Assembly: GCA_944392545.1 (NCBI GenBank)
Contig: CALXWW010000004.1
Span: forward strand, 28,487 to 92,486
Source of the DNA: an uncultured Clostridia bacterium
Lineage (GTDB): Bacteria; Bacillota; Clostridia; TANB77; CAG-508
DNA: 64,000 nucleotides
Reading direction: 5' to 3'
The translations under genes were made by a program, and so were the position numbers. This document shows, in pieces, positions 20,624-30,743 of the stretch. Numbering within the stretch: position 1 is the first letter of the stretch; each line of letters opens with the position of its first letter. The notes under the pieces are model-generated. The model was given only the letters and a program-made list of their open reading frames with translations. It ran no database searches and was not told where the DNA came from.

Positions 20624-22567
20624 CTACTTCTCTTCTTTTTGTTCTATAATGTTTTCATCTTCTATTTCTTCTTGAATTACTTTTTCAAAATCAATTTGTC
20701 TCAAATTTTTATCTGCTCGTATAACCCTTACTCTTATTTTATCCCCAATATGATACATAGTCTTTGTTTTTTCTCCAAGTAGCGTTTTTCTATCTTCATC
20801 ATATATAAAATATTCGTTTCCTAATTTATCAAACCTTATCATGCCCTCTACTGTATTTTCTAATTGAGCAAATACTCCAAACGAAGTTATGCTAGATATA
20901 ACTCCATCATACTCTTCTCCAATATGACTTTCCATATATTCTGCCATTTTAATATCTACGCTTTCTCTTTCAACCTTTTGTGCTATTTTCTCTCTTTCTG
21001 AAGATTCGTCTGCATATTTGCTAGCTTGCATAGAATACTTTTCTATTTCTTCATCAGATAAGTTATAACCTTGTTTTAGATATTTTGAAATTATTCTGTG
21101 TATAAAAAGATCTGGATACCTTCTAATTGGCGAAGTAAAATGACAATAATATTTACTTGCAATTCCAAAATGTCCTTTATTCTCACTTTCGTATCTTGCT
21201 ACTTTAAGAGTTCTTAAAACTAAATTTGATATTACTCTTTCTTCTGGTTTTCCTTTTATTTCATTTAATACCTCTGCAAACGCTGTTGGATGAACCTCTT
21301 CTTTTTTACACTTTATCCTATACCCTAAGTTAAATAAAAACTTATTAAGTTCACTAACTTTGTCCATGTCAGGTGCTTCATGTACTCTGTAAATAAATGG
21401 GGCTTCGAGCCAGAAAAACTTTTCTGCTACTGTTTCATTTGCTGTAAGCATAAATTGCTCAATTATTTCATTTGCAAAAGTTAGCTCATACTTTGTAATA
21501 TCTATTGCAATACCTCTTTCATTTAAAACAACCTTCGTTTCCGGAATATTTAAGTCCAAACTTCCTGCCTTTTCTCTTCTTTTTTTCAAAATACGTGCAA
21601 GTTCTTCCATTAATTTAAAATGTTTTATATATTTTGAATAATACTTAGCTACTACTCTATCAGAATTATCTAGTATTTTTTGAACATTTGTATAACTCAT
21701 TCTTTCAGTTACTCTTATTACGCTTTTGAATATATCAGAAGACACAACTTGTCCGTTTTGGTTAATCTCCATCATACATGAAATTGCAAATCTATCTTTC
21801 CCTGCATTTAAACTGCATATTCCATTAGAAAGTTCTACTGGAAGCATTGGTATAACTCTATCTAGCATATACACACTAGTACCTCTTATAATAGCTTCTC
21901 TGTCTAAAAAAGAACCTTCTTTTACATAATGGCTAACATCAGCAATATGCACACCTAAAATATAGTTTCCATTCTCTAATTTTTTTACATTTATAGCATC
22001 ATCTAAATCTTTTGCATCCTCTCCATCTATTGTAAATATTTCTTCATCTCTTAAATCTCTTCTATTTACAATATCTTTTTCGTCAATTTCTTGATTAATA
22101 CTTTTTGCTTCATCTAAAACTTGTTTTGGAAATTCATAAGGTAAGTCATATTCTTTCACTAGAGAAAGCATGTCAACACCAGCTTGGTCTATATATCCTA
22201 TAATTTCTACAATCTTTCCTTCTGCACTCTTATCAGCTTTAGGTAATTTTGTAATCTCTACAAGTACTTTTTGATTGTTTTTAGCTTTCATAGCATCTTT
22301 TTTAGAAATATATATATCTGTACCAAGCTTTTTATCATCCGGTATAACAAAACCAAAATTTCTACTTTTTTGGTAAGTTCCCACAATTCTATTTTTATCT
22401 AATTCAAATATTTTGCTATCTTCTTTTACCTTTCTTCTTTCCTTTTTATTTTCTAAACTTTTAATTACTTTTTCTTTAATTTTGTATGATTCTTTACTTC
22501 TCTTATTCAATTCCTTCTTCTTATTTTTCATCTTTTTATATACTCTCTCTACTTCTTTTTTATTCAT
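20624..22567 (-). CDS. rnr: Ribonuclease R (RNB-family 3'-5' exoribonuclease)
   Basis: Cold-shock-like N-terminal region. RNB catalytic motif IFTIDGEDAKDLDDAI. C-terminal S1 domain. 647 aa. Confidence 0.85.
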   Translation of the reverse strand: MNKKEVERVYKKMKNKKKELNKRSKESYKIKEKVIKSLENKKERRKVKEDSKIFELDKNRIVGTYQKSRNFGFVIPDDKKLGTDIYISKKDAMKAKNNQKVLVEITKLPKADKSAEGKIVEIIGYIDQAGVDMLSLVKEYDLPYEFPKQVLDEAKSINQEIDEKDIVNRRDLRDEEIFTIDGEDAKDLDDAINVKKLENGNYILGVHIADVSHYVKEGSFLDREAIIRGTSVYMLDRVIPMLPVELSNGICSLNAGKDRFAISCMMEINQNGQVVSSDIFKSVIRVTERMSYTNVQKILDNSDRVVAKYYSKYIKHFKLMEELARILKKRREKAGSLDLNIPETKVVLNERGIAIDITKYELTFANEIIEQFMLTANETVAEKFFWLEAPFIYRVHEAPDMDKVSELNKFLFNLGYRIKCKKEEVHPTAFAEVLNEIKGKPEERVISNLVLRTLKVARYESENKGHFGIASKYYCHFTSPIRRYPDLFIHRIISKYLKQGYNLSDEEIEKYSMQASKYADESSEREKIAQKVERESVDIKMAEYMESHIGEEYDGVISSITSFGVFAQLENTVEGMIRFDKLGNEYFIYDEDRKTLLGEKTKTMYHIGDKIRVRVIRADKNLRQIDFEKVIQEEIEDENIIEQKEEK

Positions 22568-22645
22568 TACCTAAACCTTCTCCTAAAAAAAGAACATATA
22601 TATTTTAATTATATATGTTCTAATATATCTACGTTTATTAAACCT

Positions 22646-22894
22646 CTACATTACAAATAATATTGATAGTGCTATTGCAAGTATAACAAATAAAACTCCT
22701 GTTACAATTGTTGCTCTTTTAATTTTTCCTTCTTTTGTTCTACCTTTGTTTTGCTCATAGAAATTATTTGCAGCTGCACCTGTAACTGTTTGTGAAGCAC
22801 CATTTGTATCTTTCGCTTGTATTGTTGCAAGAACTATTAATACTATACATACTAAAACATATATAACTAATACTATATTTCTTATTATTTCCAT
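22646..22894 (-). CDS. secG: Preprotein translocase subunit SecG
   Basis: Start moved to MEIIRNIV. Two TM helices with a G/A-rich loop, collinear with B. subtilis SecG. The conserved secG-rnr gene order is present. Confidence 0.65.
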   Translation of the reverse strand: MEIIRNIVLVIYVLVCIVLIVLATIQAKDTNGASQTVTGAAANNFYEQNKGRTKEGKIKRATIVTGVLFVILAIALSILFVM

Positions 22895-23146
22895 TAAAAT
22901 CAATTCCTTCCTAGTTTCTCTTTTAGTAACAGTAAATATTTTACCATATATTTGTATTAATTTCAAGTAGTTGTTGCAATAAATTTACGGTAGTTTTGTT
23001 TGGGGTAGTTTTAAGATTTTGTATGTTGTTATACATAAGCATATCCATATATCTCTATTATACTATTGTTTATTAGCTTAAATTTTACATTTAGCTATAG
23101 GATATATATATGTTACACCTAAGCCTTCTGATAATATCGCACGAAC

Positions 23147-23196
23147 GCTATGATTATGGTGTATGCCATTAAAGGGCATCCCCCATAATCGCATTC
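23147..23196. other. GC-rich nested stem-loop; function unknown (possible sRNA 3' end or bidirectional terminator)
   Basis: gattatgg-(atgcc-attaaag-ggcat)-cccc-ccataatc. Followed by a T-rich tract on the plus strand. Lies in the 360-bp secG upstream region. Confidence 0.4.
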
Positions 23197-23252
23197 TTTC
23201 TATTTTATCTATTTCCTCTCATTTTTCCTTCTCTCAATTTACACCGACCACT

Positions 23253-24599
23253 TCATTCAGCGTTCAGTGCTACATATAAAGCTGGACGAGACGAATTGCG
23301 GTAGCTGGAACTGTATGGATAGTTGTAGAAGCGGTCTGAAGCAGGACCACTAGACCCGGAATAGCCGTAATCGCCCCCTCGACTAACACGATTGTAGGTA
23401 TTGAACGCCTCTTGTGTCCATTCCGAACAATTTCCTGCTAAGTCATATATGTTATTTGCTTGCCATGCTTCATTTTTTCCCGCTGTTTGAGGACTTCCTG
23501 AATTTGTTGCTGCTGTTCCTGTACTATTTTTATAATTTCCCCAATCTTCTGATTTTTCATTTACTTGTGTTTCTGTTTTATCTCCTGTTGCTATTAACCA
23601 TGCCATTACTTCATCCCACTGATTTCCATATACCATTGTACTTTGAGCATATTCTGTACTTACTACATTTGTACATGCTTTCTTTAAATTATACCAGTTT
23701 TGACTATTTATTACTGTTCCACCTCTTTGCACAGTTGGGTTATCCACATTTCCTGTTATTTCATATCGTCCTATATAAAATCCATCATACTTAGCTATAC
23801 TTTGATACGTTTTATTATACTCTTCTACCATTGCATCTGCCATCGCTTGTATATTTGCATATCCTAGAATGGTATTATGATATCGTGAATCAGTATCATA
23901 GCTAGATAATACATCTGGTTCCCTTATACCTGATGGATCGTTTCCTGGTGTTGTTACTGTATAACTACTATCTCCATTTCTTTTTCTTAAATTACTATAT
24001 ATACTTGTTTTTGTTGTTACTCCAAGTAATTGCTTCTCCCCTCCTGTTGTATTGTACATATTTGCTAAACTTGTATCATTTACTGGTATCCACACAAATT
24101 GTTTTGTATCTCCATTATTTGTTATTACTATTCCATCATCTATTTCATTTGGCGAATCTGTTGCTATTCCAAATCCTCCTGGAACATACAATATATCTCC
24201 ATTTGCATCACTTACTTTTGTTGTTTCATCAAATATTTCTCCTTTTGTAACATTTCCTATAGGAGTTGGCGTTTGATCTGTTGGATCTATTGGTGGCTCA
24301 GGTGGTGTTTGATCTTCTGCCATTACATTTGCATACTCACTCATTAGGGTATTTAAACTTTGTTGTTCATCTAATACTGCCTGTTCTGTTAAATCTTTTG
24401 CTTGCTTTGCTTTATATATTAATCCTCCTTCTCCTAATACTACATTAATTGATACTGTTGCTAAAATCATTAAGATTATAATTGTTATTACTAATGTAAT
24501 TAATGTAACACCTCTTTCTTCTATCCCATTTTGTTTTTTTGAAGTTCTTTGAAGGCTTGATTTTATTTTTCTGTTTATTTCATTTTTTTCCTCTCTCAT
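23253..24599 (-). CDS. Membrane-anchored FGE-sulfatase (SUMF1/EgtB/PvdO family) domain protein
   Basis: N-terminal signal-anchor GVTLITLVITIIILMILA. C-terminal FGE-sulfatase motifs GFYIGRYEIT, NIYDLAGNCSEWTQ and RVSRGGDYGYS. The 3' 200 bp are notably GC-rich. Confidence 0.7.
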   Translation of the reverse strand: MREEKNEINRKIKSSLQRTSKKQNGIEERGVTLITLVITIIILMILATVSINVVLGEGGLIYKAKQAKDLTEQAVLDEQQSLNTLMSEYANVMAEDQTPPEPPIDPTDQTPTPIGNVTKGEIFDETTKVSDANGDILYVPGGFGIATDSPNEIDDGIVITNNGDTKQFVWIPVNDTSLANMYNTTGGEKQLLGVTTKTSIYSNLRKRNGDSSYTVTTPGNDPSGIREPDVLSSYDTDSRYHNTILGYANIQAMADAMVEEYNKTYQSIAKYDGFYIGRYEITGNVDNPTVQRGGTVINSQNWYNLKKACTNVVSTEYAQSTMVYGNQWDEVMAWLIATGDKTETQVNEKSEDWGNYKNSTGTAATNSGSPQTAGKNEAWQANNIYDLAGNCSEWTQEAFNTYNRVSRGGDYGYSGSSGPASDRFYNYPYSSSYRNSSRPALYVALNAE

Positions 24600-24956
24600 T
24601 TTATTTTTTCCTCCTTCGTATGTATTTTTTCTTTTTTAGTCTTACCCTTTTTGTTGTTTCTAATTAATATTATTATTAATTTTTATTTTTTAGTTTTTAT
24701 TTGCTTTTTGACTTTTTTGTTTTTTTATTTTCTTACTTCTTCATACTTTATTTTAAAACTAAAAAGTAGTTGTACTGTCAATACTTCTTGTTGCAAAGAA
24801 CTTCTTAACTTTTATTTAATTAGTAGTACACTTATATTTCACTTATGTTTTTTAGTTTTATGCTTTTAGTATGCTTTCATTTTAAAACAAGATGTTTTAA
24901 AAGTCAATATTCATTTTGTTATATTTTCTCTTTCTACTATTTCTTTATTTTGCACT

Positions 24957-25394
24957 TTAAAATATATTTTTTATAGAGAGTTTATTCTTTTCTTCTATAT
25001 GTTTTAGTATAAATGTACATTTTTCCGCTTCTGGTAATATCTCATCATACTTTTCTGCTTCGTAAAATCCTTTAATCGCATAAATTTGTGTTTCAACTTT
25101 TTCAAGCTCATCATGTTCTATATAATATGCAAGTTTCTCTTGAAATTCATTCCATGTACTTTCTAAATTACTTATTTCATCTTGTACCATTTTTTTATTT
25201 ATTTTACTTCCTTCTCCCTTTTCTTTTTCATTACTTGCTTGTTGTAAATTTACTTGATTATATACTATTTGGTTTATTGCATCTATTTTCTCGTTCATTT
25301 TGCTTACACAAACTTTTGTATAATTTTGAGTAATTGTATTTACTATTATTATTAAAGTAATTATGAACAAACAAATAATTATTTCTTTCCTCAT
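24957..25394 (-). CDS. DUF4363-like protein (partner of DUF421)
   Basis: 145 aa. N-terminal TM helix, coiled-coil. Sits directly downstream of a DUF421 gene, as is usual for this pair. Confidence 0.5.
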   Translation of the reverse strand: MRKEIIICLFIITLIIIVNTITQNYTKVCVSKMNEKIDAINQIVYNQVNLQQASNEKEKGEGSKINKKMVQDEISNLESTWNEFQEKLAYYIEHDELEKVETQIYAIKGFYEAEKYDEILPEAEKCTFILKHIEEKNKLSIKNIF

Positions 25395-25465
25395 ATATGT
25401 TTTTCCCCTCTTATTTTCTATAATATTATAATATAGTATAAAATTTATTTACACTAACATCTAGA

Positions 25466-26146
25466 TTATTTCTTTTTTTCGATTTTTTCTTGGCAAAAGA
25501 AATTACCTTTTCCATCAATAGTAACGATTAGAGCTTGCTCTGGTAATATTCCAAATTTACCTACTTGTTTTTTTAGCCAGTTATAGTCTTTATTTAATAC
25601 TTTTAAATTTTCATACATAACTTTTCCATCTACTACTAAGTCATAAGCTATTCCTTCATATTCTGGTTCTATGCCAAAATCTTCTGGTATTGTATTTCTT
25701 TTATTTGGCTTTTGAATTACAGTAATTTGTCCACTTGTTTCTAATATTGCATATTCTACATCTCCAATGTTTACAATATTGTTTCCTCTTAATCTCTCTT
25801 CTAATTCATTTACAGTAAATCTCTCTTTTTTCAAATTTTTCTCATCTATTTTTCCTCTATATATTAATATTGATGGTTTTCCACATAGAATTTCCCTTGC
25901 TTTTATACTTTTTATGTTAAGTATTGAAATAACTAGATGCATAACAAGAAGTGCTAAAATAGGAATAATACCATTTGTTATTGGAATACCTGTATCAGCC
26001 ATTGGAGTAGATGCTAAATCTGCTATCATTATTGATATAGCTAGTTCAAATGGTTGAAGTTGCCCAATTTCCCTTTTCCCCATTAATCTCATAACAACTA
26101 GAACTATTATGTATAGTAAAATTGACCTAATAAATATTATTAACAT
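25466..26146 (-). CDS. DUF421 (YetF/YdfS family) membrane protein
   Basis: 226 aa. N-terminal TM helices plus the YetF-like soluble domain (GKPSILIYRGKIDEKNLKKERFTVNELEERLR). Confidence 0.7.
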   Translation of the reverse strand: MLIIFIRSILLYIIVLVVMRLMGKREIGQLQPFELAISIMIADLASTPMADTGIPITNGIIPILALLVMHLVISILNIKSIKAREILCGKPSILIYRGKIDEKNLKKERFTVNELEERLRGNNIVNIGDVEYAILETSGQITVIQKPNKRNTIPEDFGIEPEYEGIAYDLVVDGKVMYENLKVLNKDYNWLKKQVGKFGILPEQALIVTIDGKGNFFCQEKIEKKK

Positions 26147-26313
26147 ATTTTTTCCTTTACATTTATTTTTTAGTTATATTTTTTGCATTTTTTTAATTAT
26201 TATTCATAATTAAATTTGATTTTATTTTTTATATTTAAATTAATATTTTGAATAAAATATTTTTTTCAGTGAATAATAAAAGTAATATCAAGGATTATTT
26301 TTGCCTTATGTAT

Positions 26314-26353
26314 TTTGAAACTTTTTGAAACTTTTTGAAATTTTTTTAAATTC
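26314..26353. repeat. Four helically phased 10-bp direct repeats (TTTTGAAACT type) upstream of the holin-like gene
   Basis: ttttgaaact ttttgaaact ttttgaaatt tttttaaatt. Period 10 bp, suggesting bent DNA or a regulator binding array. Confidence 0.6.
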
Positions 26354-26420
26354 AAATTATACATTTTAAACTTTCTTTTTTTGTTTTTTGTCTCTCTTAG
26401 CAGAAACAATCCTTGATATT

Positions 26421-26440
26421 AAATCTATTTAAATAGATTT
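26421..26440. promoter_or_regulatory. Perfect 20-bp palindrome (AAATCTATTT|AAATAGATTT) abutting the RBS of the holin-like gene. Operator-like.
   Basis: Read directly from the sequence. Zero-spacer 10-bp arms, 2 bp before AAGGAGG. Confidence 0.5.
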
Positions 26441-26455
26441 AAGGAGGTTTTTACT

Positions 26456-26821
26456 ATGGATAATGATCAGGCTCAAACTAGTAGCAATACTTCTACTGTG
26501 TGGCAAATTATTGGACGATTAATAACAGCTGCAATAGTTCTTGGTATAACTGCATTTTTTACACCTGGTTTTCAAATTAGCAACATTTGGGCTTTAGCAG
26601 CAGGTGCAGTAGTCCTTACTGTAATAGATTACTTACTTGCAAAATTTACTGGTCTTCATGCTAGTGCATTTGGTAAAGGTTTTGTAGGCTTTGTTTTAGC
26701 AGCAGTAGTATTATATGTAACTCAATACTTTGTTGCAGGATATACAATCTCTTGGATTGCAGCAATAGTAGGTGCTCTAGTTTATGGAGTAGTTGACTAC
26801 TTCTTACCAGGCGAAGACTAA
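26456..26821 (+). CDS. Phage holin family protein (superfamily IV, YvlD/DUF360-like)
   Basis: 121 aa, 4 TM helices. The TPGFQISNIWALAAGAVVL segment matches YvlD PGFEVDGFWTALLGSIII. Confidence 0.55.
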   Translation: MDNDQAQTSSNTSTVWQIIGRLITAAIVLGITAFFTPGFQISNIWALAAGAVVLTVIDYLLAKFTGLHASAFGKGFVGFVLAAVVLYVTQYFVAGYTISWIAAIVGALVYGVVDYFLPGED

Positions 26822-26832
26822 ACTATTTTATT

Positions 26833-26872
26833 AATGCAACTGGAGATAATACCCAGTTGCATTTTTTATATT
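26833..26872 (+). terminator. Intrinsic terminator
   Basis: atgcaactgg-agataataccc-agttgcat followed by TTTTTTAT. Confidence 0.7.
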
Positions 26873-26935
26873 AACTATCTTTTTTATCTTATTTTATGAT
26901 ATAATATTAAATATCTTTAATAGGAGTTATATAAT

Positions 26936-27787
26936 ATGCAAAAATTAATTGTAGATAAAAAATTTGATAATAAAAAGCTAAGTGATTTCTTATATTCTAA
27001 TTTTAGTGGGCTTACCAAAAACACTTTGTACAAAGCATTTAGAAAAAAAGACATTAGAATTAATGATATTAAAATAAATGAAGATACTATAATTCATGCA
27101 GGAGATAGTGTCACTGTATTTATTATTGATGAATTACTTTTTAAGAATATAGACTTAGAAAAAGTTTATGAGGATGAAAACATTTTAATTATTAATAAAC
27201 CAAATAACATTGAAGTAGTTGGTAAAGACTCTGTAACTAGTATATTAGAAAAAGAATATTCATATGTATCCCCATGTCATAGATTAGATAGAAATACAAC
27301 TGGTTTACTTTTATTTGCTAAAAAAGAAGAAGCTTTAAACATATTACTTGATAAATTTAAGAGTAGAGAAATTGAAAAACATTATTTAGCTAAAGTATAT
27401 GGAATTCCAAAAAAGAAATCTGAAAAGCTTACAGCATATTTATTTAAAGACAATAAAAAAGCTATAGTGTATATTTCAGATACACCTAAAACTGGTTATG
27501 TAAAAATTCAAACTTCGTATACAGTATTAGAAAAGCATGAAAAAGAAAATTATAGTATTTTGGATGTAGATCTACATACTGGTAAAACTCATCAGATTCG
27601 AGCTCATTTGGCACATATTGGTTTTCCTATAATAGGGGATGGAAAATATGGTATAAACGAAATTAATAAACGCTTTAACTGTAAAGTTCAACAACTTTGT
27701 AGCTATATTTTAAAATTTAATTTTGTAACAGATGCAGGAATTCTAAATTATCTAAGCAAACAAGAAATCAAACTTTTTAATAATTAA
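26936..27787 (+). CDS. RluA-family 23S rRNA pseudouridine synthase with S4-like N-terminal domain
   Basis: HRLDRNTTGLLLFAKK catalytic-Asp motif. 283 aa. Confidence 0.85.
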   Translation: MQKLIVDKKFDNKKLSDFLYSNFSGLTKNTLYKAFRKKDIRINDIKINEDTIIHAGDSVTVFIIDELLFKNIDLEKVYEDENILIINKPNNIEVVGKDSVTSILEKEYSYVSPCHRLDRNTTGLLLFAKKEEALNILLDKFKSREIEKHYLAKVYGIPKKKSEKLTAYLFKDNKKAIVYISDTPKTGYVKIQTSYTVLEKHEKENYSILDVDLHTGKTHQIRAHLAHIGFPIIGDGKYGINEINKRFNCKVQQLCSYILKFNFVTDAGILNYLSKQEIKLFNN

Positions 27788-27801
27788 CTAAGTTATAAAT
27801 A

Positions 27802-27842
27802 AAAAAAGAACGAAAAGTGCATCTCTTCGTTCCTTTTTTATT
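27802..27842. terminator. Bidirectional intrinsic terminator between convergent rluA-family and ftsH genes
   Basis: aaaaaaagaacgaa-aagtgcatctc-ttcgttccttttttat. Confidence 0.75.
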
Positions 27843-29644
27843 TATTTTATTAATTCTTGGAATTCCTCTGCAGAAATCACTTCTCTCTCTAATAATGCAC
27901 CTGCTACTTTATCTAACTTGTCCATATTTTCTCTAATTAATTTCTGTGCTGTAGCATATGCATTATCTAGCAATATTTTAACTTCTGCACCTATCGCATC
28001 TCCAAATTTTTGTCCTAACAATTGTAGTTCGTATGGATCTTGTTCTGTGTTTATCGAAATTGGTCCTAATGTTTCGCTCATGCCATATTTTGTTATCATG
28101 TCTTTTGCAATGTTTGTTGCCACTTCTATATCATTGCTTGCACCTGTTGATATATCATTTAATACTATTTTTTCTGCTGCTCTACCACCCATTAAAGCTA
28201 TCATTTTTTCTTGCATTTCTGTTTTTGAGATATAGTATTTGTCTTCGTCTGATTTATACATCGTATATCCTCCGGCTACACCTCTTGGTATTATTGATAC
28301 TTCTTTTACGCCTTTTTGTGTTTCTAGCCTGCTACTTACTATTGCATGCCCTGCTTCATGGTATGCAGTAAGTTTTTTATCTTTTTCTGATATTACTCTA
28401 CTTTGTTTTTCAAGTCCAACAGTTACTTTCTTTACAGCGTCTTCTATGTCTTTATTGGTAATTGCCTCATGTTCATTTATTGTTGCTATAATTGCTGCTT
28501 CGTTTAAAATATTTGCTAAATCTGCACCTGTAAATCCTGCTGTGTCTTCTGCAATACTTTTTAAGTTGACATCTCCTGCGAATTTCTTTTCTTTTGCATG
28601 AATGTTTAGTATTGCTTCTCTTCCTCTCATATCTGGTAAGCCTATTGTTATTCTTCTGTCAAATCTTCCTGGTCTTAATAATGCTTTGTCTAACATTTCT
28701 GGTCTATTTGTTGCTGCAAGTACTATTACTGTTTCTTCTGTGTCAAATCCGTCCATTTCAACAAGTAATTGATTTAGAGTTTGGTTGTTTTCTGATTCTG
28801 CACCTCCGCTTGTATTTCTTCTTGAACCGATTGCATCTATTTCATCTATAAATATTATACAAGGAGATATTTTTTTTGCTTTTTCAAATAACTTTCTTAC
28901 TCTTGACGCACCAAGTCCTGCAAACATTTCTATAAATTCTGACCCACTCATCGATATGAATGGTACTTTTGCTTCTCCTGCTATTGCTTTTGCGATTAAA
29001 GTTTTACCTGTACCTGGTTGTCCACAAAGAAGTACTCCTCTAGGAATTTTTGCACCCATTTTATTAAATCTTTCTGGATTTTTTAAGAAGTCAACTATTT
29101 CTATCATTTCATGTTTCTCTTCTTCTAATCCGGCCACGTCATCAAATGTCATTTTTGATTTTGTAGTTTCGCTATCATATACTTTACCTTTATCTCCTAA
29201 GCCCTGCATTTTGAAGAATAATACAATAAGTGCTACTAATAATATTGTTGGCAATAGTGAAAACAATGCTGTTCCTATTGATATAAGAGCATTTGTTGGT
29301 TTTTGAATAAGTTCAAATTCGTTATTTCCTTCATCAACTTTTTGTTGAATAAACTCTGTAAACGCTTGTGTACTTGGAACTATTGTCTTCTTCTCTTCTT
29401 CTATATTTTTTAGTTTTACTTTGATTGTAGTGCTTCCAACTGTCATTTCAATCTTTTCTACATTTCCATTGTTTAATTCTTGAATGAGCTCTGTATATGC
29501 AAGTTCTTTTTCGTTTTCTTTATTTCCGTCTTTTGTGATGAAATATACCATACATGCTACTATTATTACTAGAACTACTAAAGTTCCAAATAAAACATAT
29601 TGTTTCTTTTTGCTCTGCTCATTATTTTTTTGCTTTTCTTCCAT
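27842..29644 (-). CDS. ftsH: ATP-dependent zinc metalloprotease FtsH
   Basis: Walker A GQPGTGKT. AAA second region of homology. HEAGHAIV zinc site. N-terminal TM helix. 600 aa. Confidence 0.95.
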   Translation of the reverse strand: MEEKQKNNEQSKKKQYVLFGTLVVLVIIVACMVYFITKDGNKENEKELAYTELIQELNNGNVEKIEMTVGSTTIKVKLKNIEEEKKTIVPSTQAFTEFIQQKVDEGNNEFELIQKPTNALISIGTALFSLLPTILLVALIVLFFKMQGLGDKGKVYDSETTKSKMTFDDVAGLEEEKHEMIEIVDFLKNPERFNKMGAKIPRGVLLCGQPGTGKTLIAKAIAGEAKVPFISMSGSEFIEMFAGLGASRVRKLFEKAKKISPCIIFIDEIDAIGSRRNTSGGAESENNQTLNQLLVEMDGFDTEETVIVLAATNRPEMLDKALLRPGRFDRRITIGLPDMRGREAILNIHAKEKKFAGDVNLKSIAEDTAGFTGADLANILNEAAIIATINEHEAITNKDIEDAVKKVTVGLEKQSRVISEKDKKLTAYHEAGHAIVSSRLETQKGVKEVSIIPRGVAGGYTMYKSDEDKYYISKTEMQEKMIALMGGRAAEKIVLNDISTGASNDIEVATNIAKDMITKYGMSETLGPISINTEQDPYELQLLGQKFGDAIGAEVKILLDNAYATAQKLIRENMDKLDKVAGALLEREVISAEEFQELIK

Positions 29645-29675
29645 TTTGACTTTATCCTTTCTTTTAAGTTAAAAT

Positions 29676-30731
29676 TTAAGCATTATCCCCTTCAGGCTCT
29701 TTACCTATTTTTCCTTTATCCTTCTTTTCTTCTTGTTTTTTCTTTTTTTCCTTTTCTTTTTCTTTGTTTCTTCTTTCCTGTTCTTCTTTCTGTCTTTTTT
29801 CTTCTTCTTTTTTCTTTAATTCTTCTCTTACTCTTTCTTGTTCTTCGATTATTCTATTTAATTCATATTGTTTCTTTATGACATCTGCCTTTATCATTAA
29901 TATTGCCGTAATTATATATATTGAAGCTATTGCTGTATACATTACTTGGAAATATTCTATTGTAAACCCTGTTATGCTATTTACTACAAAATATATAATA
30001 TTTAATATTAAAGGTAACGTTAGTGAATATGTTGCTATATTATATATTGCACTATATTTTAGCCTTAAGCCAGAAATTCTTGATACTATATATGTTAGTA
30101 TTGAAAGTAAGAATATGTCTATTAACACACTAGACACATATAGTATAAACATATACAATACTAGTACTACAGCAAATATACATAATGCTGTAATCATTTC
30201 CTGCCCCGATAATATTTTTATTAATTCTTCTTTATCTATTTTATTTATATTATACTTTTCTGAAATTTCTTTGTATGTGTATTCTATTGTATTTTTAGAT
30301 ACTTCACTTTTTATTATTATTCTATCTTTTAAAATTAATATTCCATTTTGTTGTGATTTTATGTTGTTAATACTTTCATTTATTTCATTTTCATTCTCTG
30401 CTTCTGTATTTATAATAACTACAGGTTGTCCACCATTTTCAGTATTTATTTCAATTGTTTTTTTCTCATTATTAGGTATTATATCTAATTCATAATTTTG
30501 ATATTTAATTTCTGAAATTTCAGTATTTATATATTCTTTTGATTTATTTATCATGGTCCAAAATTTACATACATATGTAATAGATATTACTATACTAAAT
30601 ATTAGAATAATTAAGGCAATATATCCAATTGTTTTGCTTATTTTTTCAGATGCTAGATTTTGATATCCATCAAAATCTAGCACACTAGTTTTAATTTTCT
30701 TAAAAAACGAAAGCTTTTGCTTTTCCACCAT
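29676..30731 (-). CDS. Polytopic membrane protein with K/E-rich C-terminal tail (possibly DUF1189 family)
   Basis: 351 aa, several TM helices. The C-terminal 60 aa are almost entirely K/E/R. The DUF1189 assignment is recalled from memory and tentative. Confidence 0.35.
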   Translation of the reverse strand: MVEKQKLSFFKKIKTSVLDFDGYQNLASEKISKTIGYIALIILIFSIVISITYVCKFWTMINKSKEYINTEISEIKYQNYELDIIPNNEKKTIEINTENGGQPVVIINTEAENENEINESINNIKSQQNGILILKDRIIIKSEVSKNTIEYTYKEISEKYNINKIDKEELIKILSGQEMITALCIFAVVLVLYMFILYVSSVLIDIFLLSILTYIVSRISGLRLKYSAIYNIATYSLTLPLILNIIYFVVNSITGFTIEYFQVMYTAIASIYIITAILMIKADVIKKQYELNRIIEEQERVREELKKKEEEKRQKEEQERRNKEKEKEKKKKQEEKKDKGKIGKEPEGDNA

Positions 30732-30743
30732 TTTCTCCTTTCG

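Noticed and set aside
23440-23460. Type IV pilin call for the FGE-domain protein N-terminus
   Set aside because: The G-V-T-L-I segment lacks the conserved Glu at +5 and there is no pilus gene context. Kept as a signal-anchor only.
24600-24956. T-rich 350-bp region upstream of the FGE-domain gene, including a 72-aa ORF
   Set aside because: Extreme T-richness gives Phe/Leu-only pseudo-ORFs. No RBS or start context. Treated as promoter/UTR DNA.
29764-30495. 243-aa plus-strand ORF and other long antisense ORFs (e.g. 2920-3387, 28785-29306, 35525-36154, 44339-44692)
   Set aside because: All lie antisense within well-supported genes (ftsH, clpX, the PBP gene, etc.). They are low-complexity and are consequences of AT-rich codon bias.
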